Source: Nitrospirota bacterium (lineage in GTDB: Bacteria; Nitrospirota; Leptospirillia; Leptospirillales; Leptospirillaceae). Taken from it: DNA of 53,964 nucleotides. Below, one piece after another: positions 28,249 through 37,520 of the stretch. Positions within the stretch are counted from its first letter, which is position 1, and the number at the start of each line of letters is the position of its first letter. The notes beneath the pieces are model-generated. The model saw only the letters and a program-made list of their open reading frames with translations, was not told the DNA's origin and did no database searches. The stretch spans positions 1 through 53,964 of the forward strand of contig JAKAWK010000001.1 of NCBI GenBank assembly GCA_021827365.1. Reading direction: 5' to 3'. A program made the position numbers and the translations under genes.

Positions 28249-29856
28249 ATGGCTGCGTTTTGCCTTTCAATCCTTCTCTCCTCCTGCACACTCTCACCCT
28301 CCTTTACCTCGCGGCCCCCGGCCCTTCTCATTTCTCAGGACCCTCCTCACAAACCCCTGTTTGTAATCCATCCTCCCCCATCTTCGGCCGACATACTCTG
28401 GTTTTCCGGACATTCGGCCAAGGCGGCCACACTGGAGGAGGCACAAAAGACCGCCCTGGCCCAGGCCTTCGAAAAGTTGTCCGAGACTCTGTCCCGAAAG
28501 GGCTACCGTCTGACGGATAAGGAAAAATTAAAATGGTTCAGACAAGGAGAAGACCTCTCCCTCCCCCATATCGCCGACCGCTGGATCCGAGTCTACAAGG
28601 AGAGCCAGGACCGCCCCTACCTCCACCGCACCTCGATCTATCTTCTTCTGGCCGTTCCGAAGCGCTATGAAGGGGCCATCATTGCCTCCCTCGCCCGGAA
28701 GGACCGAAGAGTTGCCGAACGAATGGAGACATCTCTGGAAGAGTCCCGGCAAGCCCTCCGGAAAAAAGACGGCGCCCGATTTCTGGCAGCTCTCCGGAAG
28801 GCCGTCAACGCCGAACGCATGATCCACACTCTCCGGTCTTTTTCCCCTGAACGCCGTCCCCTGATCCTCCGAGAACGAACTTCCCTGGAATCAAGGTGGC
28901 GACAAAGCCTCCGGGAGATTCACCTCTCCCTTTCCCCTCCTTCTCCGGACTTCTCCCTAAGGGAAACCATGATTCCTCCTGTTCCTCTGAAGGAAGCAGC
29001 GGTTATCCGCCAAAAAGGGCGTGAGATCGGTCTTTCCGGCCTCCGTTTCATCCCTACTCTCCACCCCTTCCGGGCTCCCGAGTACCTGGTTTTTCCCGGC
29101 CTTTCCTGGCTGTTCGGAAATCCGAGGCCTGTCCTTTCACGGGAAGCATTGGCCTGGGAAATAGGCCTTTTCAGCCATCCGCCAGGGCCCGCCCGTCCTC
29201 CGCTCGACATCTTCTGTTCCCCGACAGGTTTCGCCGGATTGGCTGACTGCCTCCTTTCAAAGATCCATGTTCCGGGACACCATGGATTCATTGAAGGCCT
29301 CTACACACCCGTTCCGAATTCTCCGCTGGACAGACCGATTTTCAGAAACAATTTCAAAAAAACCTTGCTGGATGTCCATTTCAGATTTTATCACCGCCGG
29401 CAGGTCCACCCGGTCGTCCTCTCCCTTTCCGCTCCGCTTCCGTCTTCCAAAAGGGATGAAATTCTTTCATTCTTCATGAAGGAGGGACGATCCCGGGACC
29501 TGACACTCTGCCCCGATACAGGGAAGGTCCTGTCCTGTCCGAAAGATCCCCCTCCCGATCTTCTGGACAGACAAGAAACCCGTCTGAGTGTCGATCTTCT
29601 CTCCGAACAGAATTCATCGAGCACTCAGGGGGACTTTTCTGTCGTGACGACGAGTCTTCACCTTCTGGAGACGCTCACCGACCGGAACGGAGTCTTCTGG
29701 AGACAAGAAACCCATGTCACCAGCCGAGGATTTTCCCGGGAGCTGTCCGGCCTTTCGGCCTGGAAGGAGTGTGCCCGGCGCATCACCCGGGATCTGGCCC
29801 TGGTCTACTATCCTCCCCGCCCCCCCCAATCCGGAGAGATCGTCCATGACCGCTGA
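28249..29856 (+). CDS. Large lipoprotein of unknown function
   Basis: Lipobox ILLSSC after MAAFCLS (the ORF track starts at 28204). I recognise no catalytic motif. The 3' end overlaps the next gene by 11 nt. Confidence 0.5.
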   Translation: MAAFCLSILLSSCTLSPSFTSRPPALLISQDPPHKPLFVIHPPPSSADILWFSGHSAKAATLEEAQKTALAQAFEKLSETLSRKGYRLTDKEKLKWFRQGEDLSLPHIADRWIRVYKESQDRPYLHRTSIYLLLAVPKRYEGAIIASLARKDRRVAERMETSLEESRQALRKKDGARFLAALRKAVNAERMIHTLRSFSPERRPLILRERTSLESRWRQSLREIHLSLSPPSPDFSLRETMIPPVPLKEAAVIRQKGREIGLSGLRFIPTLHPFRAPEYLVFPGLSWLFGNPRPVLSREALAWEIGLFSHPPGPARPPLDIFCSPTGFAGLADCLLSKIHVPGHHGFIEGLYTPVPNSPLDRPIFRNNFKKTLLDVHFRFYHRRQVHPVVLSLSAPLPSSKRDEILSFFMKEGRSRDLTLCPDTGKVLSCPKDPPPDLLDRQETRLSVDLLSEQNSSSTQGDFSVVTTSLHLLETLTDRNGVFWRQETHVTSRGFSRELSGLSAWKECARRITRDLALVYYPPRPPQSGEIVHDR

Positions 29857-31123
29857 ACCCCGCATCGAAGCCTTCGACATCGTCATCTCAGGCGCAGGGA
29901 TCGGAGCCCTGACACTCGCCAACTATCTTGCCCCCATGGGATTCCGGATCCTGATCCTCGACAGGCGACCCGCCTTCGACCCGGTCCATCGGGGTGAACT
30001 TGTTCAGCCCCTGGGACTCTCGATCCTTGATGAGCTCTCCCTCCTCGAGGACCTGAAACGGACCCCACACACACTCTACAAAAGCTTTGACTTCCTGGAT
30101 GGCCGGGGACGTCTCCTCATGCGGTCCTCCTATGACAGGGGGGAGGCTCCCTATCCCTATGCCCTGGCCATCGAACCCCACCAGATGGACCACCTTCTCG
30201 CCAGGAACCTTTCCTCCCATTCCCATATTGTCTTGCGTCACGAGTCGGACTTCAGGGACTTCAGCGTCGATGCGGCAGGGGTCAGGGCCACCTATGAACG
30301 GGGGGGAGAGGTGCGGCAGGTTCTGGCCCGGATCCTTGTCGGAGACGACGGACGCCACTCCCGGGTCCGGGAGCTCGCCCGAATTCCGGGAACGTTGACC
30401 CCCTACAAGGACTCCTATCTGGGGGCCTCCCTTCTCCTCCCGGAGGATTCCTCCTCTCTTCCTCCGGCGATCAGGGAAAGTTCAGGACGGTATTTTCTCG
30501 GCCCCCGGTCGATCTTCTTTTTCTTTTCGGTCTCGGAGCGGCGCCGATTCTTTCTGATCCTTCTTCCCGAGCGGGACCGGAACAAATTTTTTTCAAATGG
30601 TGTCGAGGCCGTCCTGGAAAGGCTGGACCGCCTTGTCCCGGGATTTGCCGAAACGGCAAAGGAGAACGGGCTCGACAATCCCGAGAAATTCACCGAACTT
30701 TCCGTCTGGAAGGTCGACCTCGAGCGCTGGTGTGACGATGGGGTGGTCCTGATCGGGGACGCGGCCCACGCCATGAACCCCCATGTGGCCCAGGGGCGGA
30801 ACCAGGCCATGGAAGATGCCCGGGTCCTGGCCCCGATCATCGCCCGGGCTCTTCTGTCAGGCCCCCTTGTCCGCCGGGAGGCCCTTCTTCCTTATGAAAG
30901 AGCCCGAATTCCCGTCATCCGCTCCCTGCACAGGCTGGCAGACGAGATGACAAGGGTCTGGAATTCCGGAAATCCCCTCGTCGTCAGGGCCCGGGAGGCC
31001 GCTTTCCGCGGAATCGGCCGGACACCCTCTCTCCAGCGAAAAATTGTGACGACTATCGGGGGATCCCGAATCCTTCCCCTGACCCCCTGGGACAAGATCA
31101 GGGCCCTCGGCGCCGGACTTTAG
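29846..31123 (+). CDS. FAD-dependent (class A flavoprotein) monooxygenase, UbiH/VioC-like
   Basis: GxGxxG dinucleotide fold (DIVISGAGIGALTLA) and GDAAHAMNPHVAQGRNQAMEDA. I chose the start at 29846 (MTAEPRIEAFD) rather than the ORF-track start at 29714. Confidence 0.8.
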   Translation: MTAEPRIEAFDIVISGAGIGALTLANYLAPMGFRILILDRRPAFDPVHRGELVQPLGLSILDELSLLEDLKRTPHTLYKSFDFLDGRGRLLMRSSYDRGEAPYPYALAIEPHQMDHLLARNLSSHSHIVLRHESDFRDFSVDAAGVRATYERGGEVRQVLARILVGDDGRHSRVRELARIPGTLTPYKDSYLGASLLLPEDSSSLPPAIRESSGRYFLGPRSIFFFFSVSERRRFFLILLPERDRNKFFSNGVEAVLERLDRLVPGFAETAKENGLDNPEKFTELSVWKVDLERWCDDGVVLIGDAAHAMNPHVAQGRNQAMEDARVLAPIIARALLSGPLVRREALLPYERARIPVIRSLHRLADEMTRVWNSGNPLVVRAREAAFRGIGRTPSLQRKIVTTIGGSRILPLTPWDKIRALGAGL

Positions 31124-31180
31124 CCGGCCGGTCCAGTTCCCGAGTTTTTTTGCTATTTTCCTTCATTTGACGTTATCCTT

Positions 31181-32971
31181 GTGGCATGGACGCCTGCGCC
31201 GATCCGGCGGGAGCCTGCCGGAACAGAACGACCAAACAGCGGACGGACTCCACCCGTGCAGATTAGACGCCGCATCAAGCTTCAGGCCCGCCTGATTCTC
31301 GGGACCATCGGCCGTCTCAATACCTTCTGGCGGACCATCTTCCTTTCGGTCCTTATCGGATCCGCGACCGGCTTTTTTGTCTACCTGATCGAACGCATCG
31401 TCTACCGCCTCCTCTTCCTGACCCTCTACAACACAGTCTTCAAAAACCATCTGGTGGTCATTCTCATTCCGATGATCGGGGTGCTCGCTGCCAGGTTCAT
31501 CCTGTCATCGGGCCGGGTCGACAACGCCGGGGGCACCGAAGAAATCATCAAGAGCTACCATGAATTCCGGGGAAAGGTGCCCCTGCGAAATGCCCTTTAC
31601 AAAATTCCCGCCTACATCGCCACCCTTGGCTTCGGAGGCTCGGCCGGGCTCGAAGGTGCCTCGACCTATATCGGTGGAGTGATGAGTTCGCTGGTCGACC
31701 GGACCTTCGGCTGGCTCCGTCTCCCTTACGAGGAACAGAGGGTCATGCTTCTTGCCGGGGCGGCGGCGGGACTTTCCGCCATGTTCAAGGCTCCTTTCAC
31801 CGGGGCCATTTTTGTCCTTCAGGTTCCCTACCGCTCGGACATCGCCCCGAACGCCCTTGTTCCCACCCTGATCTCGAGCGTCAGCTCCTATATCGTCATG
31901 GTGAGTCTTGCCGGAACGGCCCCGCTCTTTTCGCTCGCCGCAAAGGCCCAGTTCCACTTCAAGGACTTTCTCTCGGTCCTGGTCATCGGACTGGTCTGCG
32001 GCATCCTGACGACCCTTTTCATCCGAATCTATCGTGCCACAAAAAAATGGTTTGCCCAGGGGAAGGGCCGGCTGGGCCCCCGTCCGGTACTGGCGGCCCT
32101 GATACTCGGCCTGTCAGGATACGTATCCACCAAGGCCTATGGAGAAGCCCTCCCCCTGGGACCCGGGTATATCTTCATCCAGCATCTTCTGACCGGAAAC
32201 ACCCCGATCGAAATGGCCATCGCTCTCTTTTTTCTGAAGGCCATCGCTGTGATTTTCACGTTTTCGGCCGGAGGAATCGGAGGATCCTTCTTTCCCCTTC
32301 TCTGTCTGGGAGCGGCGACCGGAAGCGTCGTGGCCCAGGTGGCCGGACTCGAGCCCTACGACTTCGGGGTGGTCATGGGAATGTCGGCCTTCCTTGCCGC
32401 AGGCTACAAAACCCCCCTGGCTGCCGTTGTCTTCATCGCTGAGGCGACCCACAGTTCGGGATACCTCATTCCGGGACTCATCGGAACGGTGGTCAGCTAT
32501 GTCGTCAGCGGAAGCACCTCCATCTCCACCCACCAGCGTGACCGGGAAGACATTCATCTCTCCAACCGTTTCCATCTCCCGGTCCGGAATGCCATGATCC
32601 GGAACGTGGTGAGCGTATCTCCGGAGATATCCCTTCTGGAGTTCCGGGAGCATTTCATCTTCCGCCATCTCCACAGGATCTACCCGGTCACGGAAGACAC
32701 GCCCGGGGGCCCCCACCTTCTCGGGATCTTTTCCCTCTATGATCTGGACCGATTTCCCCCGGACACATGGGAGAAAACCACGGTCAGGGACGCGATGATC
32801 ACCGCGGTGGTAACCGTGACGGCCGACGAACCGATCCTGAATGCCATTGCCAAGATGAACGAGAAGGACCTCGAATTTCTCCCGGTCATCGACAACGAAA
32901 AGAACCGCCGGCTTGTGGGGGGCATCACCCGGACCGATGTCTTCCAGGGCGAATGGGCGAGCCTCCTATGA
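31181..32971 (+). CDS. ClC-family chloride channel/H+-Cl- antiporter with a C-terminal CBS pair
   Basis: GFGGSAGLEGAS, FKAPFTGAIFVLQ, GYKTPLAAVVFIAE motifs and a CBS-like tail. Confidence 0.85.
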   Translation: MAWTPAPIRREPAGTERPNSGRTPPVQIRRRIKLQARLILGTIGRLNTFWRTIFLSVLIGSATGFFVYLIERIVYRLLFLTLYNTVFKNHLVVILIPMIGVLAARFILSSGRVDNAGGTEEIIKSYHEFRGKVPLRNALYKIPAYIATLGFGGSAGLEGASTYIGGVMSSLVDRTFGWLRLPYEEQRVMLLAGAAAGLSAMFKAPFTGAIFVLQVPYRSDIAPNALVPTLISSVSSYIVMVSLAGTAPLFSLAAKAQFHFKDFLSVLVIGLVCGILTTLFIRIYRATKKWFAQGKGRLGPRPVLAALILGLSGYVSTKAYGEALPLGPGYIFIQHLLTGNTPIEMAIALFFLKAIAVIFTFSAGGIGGSFFPLLCLGAATGSVVAQVAGLEPYDFGVVMGMSAFLAAGYKTPLAAVVFIAEATHSSGYLIPGLIGTVVSYVVSGSTSISTHQRDREDIHLSNRFHLPVRNAMIRNVVSVSPEISLLEFREHFIFRHLHRIYPVTEDTPGGPHLLGIFSLYDLDRFPPDTWEKTTVRDAMITAVVTVTADEPILNAIAKMNEKDLEFLPVIDNEKNRRLVGGITRTDVFQGEWASLL

Positions 32972-34233
32972 CAATCACGTCGATTCTCCCGTCCCTTTTT
33001 CTCACCTTCATCCTGACCGTTCTTTTCAGCTTCGTCATCGGTCTTGAACTTCACAGCTATCGTCGCAGCAACGAGGAGGACCTGGGATTCGGGACGACCC
33101 GGACCCTGACCCTCTCCGGAATCGCCGGCTTCGTCTTCTCGATCCTCGACCCGAAAGGCATGCTCTACATCGCCGGCTTTCTCGCACTCTCCGCCTTTCT
33201 CCTGGTTCATTACCGATCCCGCCAGGATAAAAACCCCTCCCTGATTCCCCCGATGATGGCCATCCTGACTTATGCGATGGGACCGATCGCCTTAAGGGAA
33301 CCCCTGTGGTTCATCATGGTCTATGTGGTCGTCATCCTTCTCATTCTGGGAGAAAGTCACGGCATCCGGAAATTCTCCGACGCCGTTACCGCCACGGAAG
33401 TGGTCACCCTGGCGAAGTTTCTCATCATGGCAGGAATCATTCTTCCCTTCCTTCCCGAACGTCAGATCGGACCGGCTGTTCCCGTCACCTATACCCAGGT
33501 CTGGCTGGCGGTAGTCATGGTGTCGGGGGTCTCCTACCTTTCCTACCTCGCCCGTACCTATTTCTTTCCCCACCGGGGCCTTTTGCTGACAGGGACACTC
33601 GGAGGCCTCTACTCGAGCACCGTGGCCACCATCGTTCTGGCCCGCAAGGCTCGCGACCAGGCTGATCCCCTCACCTCGACAGCCATCATCCTGGCCTCGA
33701 CCATGATGTACCTCCGGATGGAAGTCCTTGTCCTCGTTTTGGGACCCGGAACGGTCTCCTTCCCGCTTCTGCTTCCCTACGGGACCCTCTTTCTCCTGTC
33801 GCTGGGTGCGGCCTGGGGAGCCCATTCCTACAGCCGGGTCAAGAAAGAGTCCGGAGGGTCTCTTCCGTTATCGGAAAAACCCACCCACCCTCTCGAAGTC
33901 CGTACGGCGGTCATCTTTGCCGGAGCCTACGTCTTCTTCGCCGCCGTCACCCACCTGATCCTCAGTCGCTTCGGGGCGGGGGGCCTCCATATTTTGTCCT
34001 TTGCCGTCGGATTCACCGACATCACCCCGTTCATTCTTTCCCTCCTCGCCGGAAACTTTCACGTCACAAAGGGAGCCCTGGAGGGGGCGATCATCCTGGC
34101 ATCGGGGAGCAACAACATGGTCAACGGGATCTATGCCCTTGTCCTGGCCCGGGACAAGAGTGTCCTTCCGGCCTTTCTCTGGCTGGTGACATCCTTCATC
34201 CTCTCGCTTCTTTATGCCCTCATCATCCCCTGA
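32968..34233 (+). CDS. MgtC/SapB-DUF4010 family membrane protein
   Basis: The ATG overlaps the ClC stop (ATGA). N-terminus GLELHSYRR...GFGTTRTLTL; many TM helices. Confidence 0.7.
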   Translation: MTITSILPSLFLTFILTVLFSFVIGLELHSYRRSNEEDLGFGTTRTLTLSGIAGFVFSILDPKGMLYIAGFLALSAFLLVHYRSRQDKNPSLIPPMMAILTYAMGPIALREPLWFIMVYVVVILLILGESHGIRKFSDAVTATEVVTLAKFLIMAGIILPFLPERQIGPAVPVTYTQVWLAVVMVSGVSYLSYLARTYFFPHRGLLLTGTLGGLYSSTVATIVLARKARDQADPLTSTAIILASTMMYLRMEVLVLVLGPGTVSFPLLLPYGTLFLLSLGAAWGAHSYSRVKKESGGSLPLSEKPTHPLEVRTAVIFAGAYVFFAAVTHLILSRFGAGGLHILSFAVGFTDITPFILSLLAGNFHVTKGALEGAIILASGSNNMVNGIYALVLARDKSVLPAFLWLVTSFILSLLYALIIP

Positions 34234-34295
34234 CAACAACGGAAGGGTGACAGGTGGAGGGACCAGAAGGGGCAAACCGGGTCCAGAAAAGAGAT

Positions 34296-34326
34296 GAGGG
34301 CGAAAGAATTTTTTCCTTTCGCCCTC
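34296..34326. terminator. Bidirectional terminator-like hairpin between convergent genes
   Basis: Perfect 11-bp stem GAGGGCGAAAG / CTTTCGCCCTC with a T-rich 9-nt loop. Confidence 0.55.
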
Positions 34327-34338
34327 GGGGGGGGAGGG

Positions 34339-35001
34339 TTATGCGACGAAGGAATCCGGCAGGGCCGGTTCGAAGCCCGCCTGGGTGAGAACCTTTTCCG
34401 TCCGGCTCCGGACCATCACCCAGAGATCGGACTTTTCAAGGCCCATCATTTTCCAGCACTCCTCGAAGGGAACGGGAAGATGGCTTTCGGCCATGCGATA
34501 GACCTGGTCGAAGATCCCGAGAACCTGGCGTCGATATTCCTCCTTTTCTGAAGCAGAGGACCGGGAGAGCCGCGTCCGCCACTCCCGAACTCCAAAGGAG
34601 GATTGACGGAGCTCATCCGCGATCGGAGTCCTGAGCGAGTCCTGGATGAGCGGATCCGCATGGCTCGAAACCTTCTCCACCACCGATATTCCGATCCCCT
34701 CGATCCCTAGCTGAAGACCCGCCAGAAATCCGTACCAGTCGAGACCTGAAAACCATGTCTTGATCTCCTGGCGTCCCTGAAGGGCGATCACCGGTTCAAA
34801 GGGCCGTCCCAGCGCCTGGAGAGTCTGCTCCTGAATTGTGAAATGAACCACCTCCTCGTTGATCTGGCGCATCAGCTCCTTCCTGGCCTCAGCGGTCGGA
34901 GCAAAAGGAAGACGGTCGCTGCAGAGTTCAAGGGCCAAAAGATCGATGTCGGCATAGACTTGCAACAATGTGGCTGCGGCATTTTTTACTTTTTGGTCCA
35001 T
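34339..35001 (-). CDS. Ferritin-like or heme-oxygenase-like helical protein (possible di-iron enzyme), function unknown
   Basis: All-helical, 220 aa, with one clear ExxH (INEEVVHF); a second metal motif is not obvious. AAGGAG RBS. Confidence 0.35.
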   Translation of the reverse strand: MDQKVKNAAATLLQVYADIDLLALELCSDRLPFAPTAEARKELMRQINEEVVHFTIQEQTLQALGRPFEPVIALQGRQEIKTWFSGLDWYGFLAGLQLGIEGIGISVVEKVSSHADPLIQDSLRTPIADELRQSSFGVREWRTRLSRSSASEKEEYRRQVLGIFDQVYRMAESHLPVPFEECWKMMGLEKSDLWVMVRSRTEKVLTQAGFEPALPDSFVA

Positions 35002-35099
35002 GGGCGGCTCCTTGTTCGTTTGAGGAATATCCGTTCGGATCTTCTGTCTCCATCAGACAGATCCCGACTCCCAGATCCGGCTCTTCCGCCGGATCCTGA

Positions 35100-36551
35100 T
35101 TACCGGTCCCGATAGACCCGGTTTTTGAACACTCCATATTTCAAAAGGTGCCATAGGGGCTTTTTATAGCCCAAGAACCGAATGATTCTCTGGGTTGTGG
35201 GGGCAAGGGGTGGGACAACTCCAGGAAGAATCCAGTTTCCCCGGGCCGAGGAGAATTCCTCGAGATAGGGGATCAGGAAGGACCGGACGGCCGGATCAAT
35301 GAAAAAGCGGGGTGTGAGGAAGTCCTCCTCTGTCTTCACCTCTCCTGTCGACAAAGCCCAGTCCCCCATGGGCGTTCCGGGATAGAGACGGACACCTGCC
35401 ATCGCCACCACGGCCATCGGATGGGTGCTGTCGATGACCCGGCAGGTCGTGCGTACGGTTTCGGGCGTCTCTCCCGGCCCTCCGAAAATGAGGCTGTGAC
35501 ACAGGGGAATCCCGATCTTCCGACAGTCTTCCGCCACCTCCAGGATCCTGCCCGTGGAAAATCCCTTCCCCAGGCTCTCCAGGGTCGTCTCCTCCGCTGA
35601 GTCGGTTCCCACCTCAAGGCCATCACATCCCGACGCCGCCATTTTCTCGAGGAGGCTCAGGGTGAGCCCGGAAGGGGAGGCATAGGCCGACCACCGGATC
35701 CGGATCTTGCGGCGAATCAAGGCATCGGCAATCCCCTCGGCATGGGAGACCGGCAGGTTGAAGACACTATCGACGAAGAAAAAGGAGCGAATCCTGTGTC
35801 GCAGGACCAGCTCTTCGATTTCGTCCACAACGGAATCCGGATCCCGGAGGCGATGGTCCCTTCCTTCGAGAAGGGGATAGGTGCAGTACCGGCAGCGGAA
35901 GACACACCCCCGCTTCGTCTGGATATTGGCCATGCCCCCTACCCTCAGGTAGCGGGAGAGGTTGAAGAGGTGCCGGGCCGGACGGAGCTGGGTCCAGGCA
36001 CCCCCCTCAAAGGACAGGGGACCCGGAGAAGCGGGGAAAAGTGGCGGAGAGGAAGGCTCCTTGCCCTGGCTCTGGCACCAGACGCCAGGAATCCCCTGGG
36101 GAGAGCATCCCTCTTCGAGGGCCGCAAGAAGAGCCGGAAAGGACTCTTCTGACTCGCCGGCCACGCCGTAGTCGGCATCGAGGTTCTTCATCATGGGCCC
36201 TGGCATGAGTCCGAACGCCGATCCTCCCACAATGAGAGGGGGCCGGCGGGACCCAGAGCCACAAGCCGATTCCCGGGCGGTCCGGAGGAGAGTCTGGTAG
36301 TCGGGAAAATAGAAACGGGTCAGAGGATAGGCGGCATTGTCGAGGTTCCGAAGGGAGAAGGCGATGGCCTCGGGCCTCTCCCTCCTGATTGAATCCGTGA
36401 GGGCCATTTGGGAATCTCGGGCAAAAGCCATGTCCAGGACAGAAACTCTGTGCCCCGCCTTCAGGATCGAGGCGGCTGCATAGGCCAAACCGAGGGGGAA
36501 TACGGGATCCGGGAAGTGCTCCCGGTTTGCCGAGACCAGAAGTACCTTCAC
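35100..36551 (-). CDS. B12-binding-domain radical SAM enzyme (class B type), substrate unknown
   Basis: N-terminal cobalamin-domain pattern (KVLLVSANREHFPDPVFPLGLAY...GHRVSVLD) and CxxxCxxC (RGCVFRCRYCTY). Confidence 0.8.
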   Translation of the reverse strand: MKVLLVSANREHFPDPVFPLGLAYAAASILKAGHRVSVLDMAFARDSQMALTDSIRRERPEAIAFSLRNLDNAAYPLTRFYFPDYQTLLRTARESACGSGSRRPPLIVGGSAFGLMPGPMMKNLDADYGVAGESEESFPALLAALEEGCSPQGIPGVWCQSQGKEPSSPPLFPASPGPLSFEGGAWTQLRPARHLFNLSRYLRVGGMANIQTKRGCVFRCRYCTYPLLEGRDHRLRDPDSVVDEIEELVLRHRIRSFFFVDSVFNLPVSHAEGIADALIRRKIRIRWSAYASPSGLTLSLLEKMAASGCDGLEVGTDSAEETTLESLGKGFSTGRILEVAEDCRKIGIPLCHSLIFGGPGETPETVRTTCRVIDSTHPMAVVAMAGVRLYPGTPMGDWALSTGEVKTEEDFLTPRFFIDPAVRSFLIPYLEEFSSARGNWILPGVVPPLAPTTQRIIRFLGYKKPLWHLLKYGVFKNRVYRDR

Positions 36552-36728
36552 TCACCACTCTCCCTTCTGCCCGTGGACAAGATGAAAAAGCCGATCACCC
36601 GGACGAACGGGTCTTGATGAGACGACCTCTCCGATCAGTGAATTCTTTCTACCTTACTCCCATTGGGGGATTCGTCAAGGGAAAGTCTTGATCCCGCCAA
36701 GGGGTTCCAAACCGAAAAGGAGTTTTTG

Positions 36729-36757
36729 TTGACAGGTGAAGCGGTTTGGAATATGGT
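36729..36757 (+). promoter_or_regulatory. Sigma70-like promoter
   Basis: TTGACA, a 17-nt spacer, then TATGGT. Confidence 0.4.
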
Positions 36758-36772
36758 TAGGTTATTTAAGCT

Positions 36773-36788
36773 TGGCAAATACTTGGCT
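36773..36788 (+). promoter_or_regulatory. Sigma54-like -24/-12 element
   Basis: TGGCAAATACTTGGCT has GG and GC at the consensus spacing of TGGCACG-N4-TTGCW. It lies 47 nt upstream of the decayed EAL ORF. Confidence 0.3.
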
Positions 36789-36834
36789 ATATATCCCATT
36801 CTGATTCCTGTGGCTGCGATCGCGAGGAGATCCC

Positions 36835-37520
36835 GTGACACATTCCTTTGTCCGATCCTGGCGAGAATGGCTCCTGGCCCTTCCCATCCTGGGGGTCACC
36901 CTTCTCTTTCTGGCCTCCTCCACCCCGATTTTTCTCCTTTTCATCCAAAACCACCTGGCCAAAAGGACCCTCTCCCGCGACATCCGGACCATCGAGGAGC
37001 TGGGCTTCTATGCCATCTCCCTGAACCGTCCGGTTCATGCTGCATTTTTCTCCCTTCTCACCAAGGTGGGGGTCCCTCTTGAAATTCTTTCCCTTGAAAT
37101 CACCGAATCGATGGTGATCAAGGATTCCGGACGATTCTTTTCCGTGGTGGCAGAGCTCCACCACCAGGGCATCCGGATCTCCATCGACGACTTCGGAACC
37201 GGAGCGACCGCCCTCTCCTACCTCACCTCCTATCCCATCGCCGAGGTCAAGATCGACCGCTCCCTGGTCACCAACCTCTTTTCCGACCTCAAGCGCTCCG
37301 AGCTCGTCCGGACGATCGCCCTGGAAAAGCGCCTGGACTTCACCCAACGGCCGAAGGGGCGGAAAGCCAGGAGGAATGGAGCTACCTGGAAAAAAACCAC
37401 CGTGACCGGATCCAGGTTTTTTTTGCCAGCCGCCTCCTTCCTTCCAAAGAGCTGGAGGCCTTTTTCAAAAAACACTTCACCCATCCGGAGGGACTATCCC
37501 CTTCCTGGATAGATGACTGA
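36835..37520 (+). pseudogene. Decayed EAL-domain (c-di-GMP phosphodiesterase) gene: N-terminally truncated and frameshifted
   Basis: LEITES, DDFGTGATALSYL and KIDRS are in one frame. After about 37340 the EAL C-terminus (TAEGAESQEEWSYLEKNHRDRIQVFFASR) continues in another frame and ends at TGA 37518-37520. The EALxR segment is missing and QGY has degraded to QVF. Confidence 0.7.
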
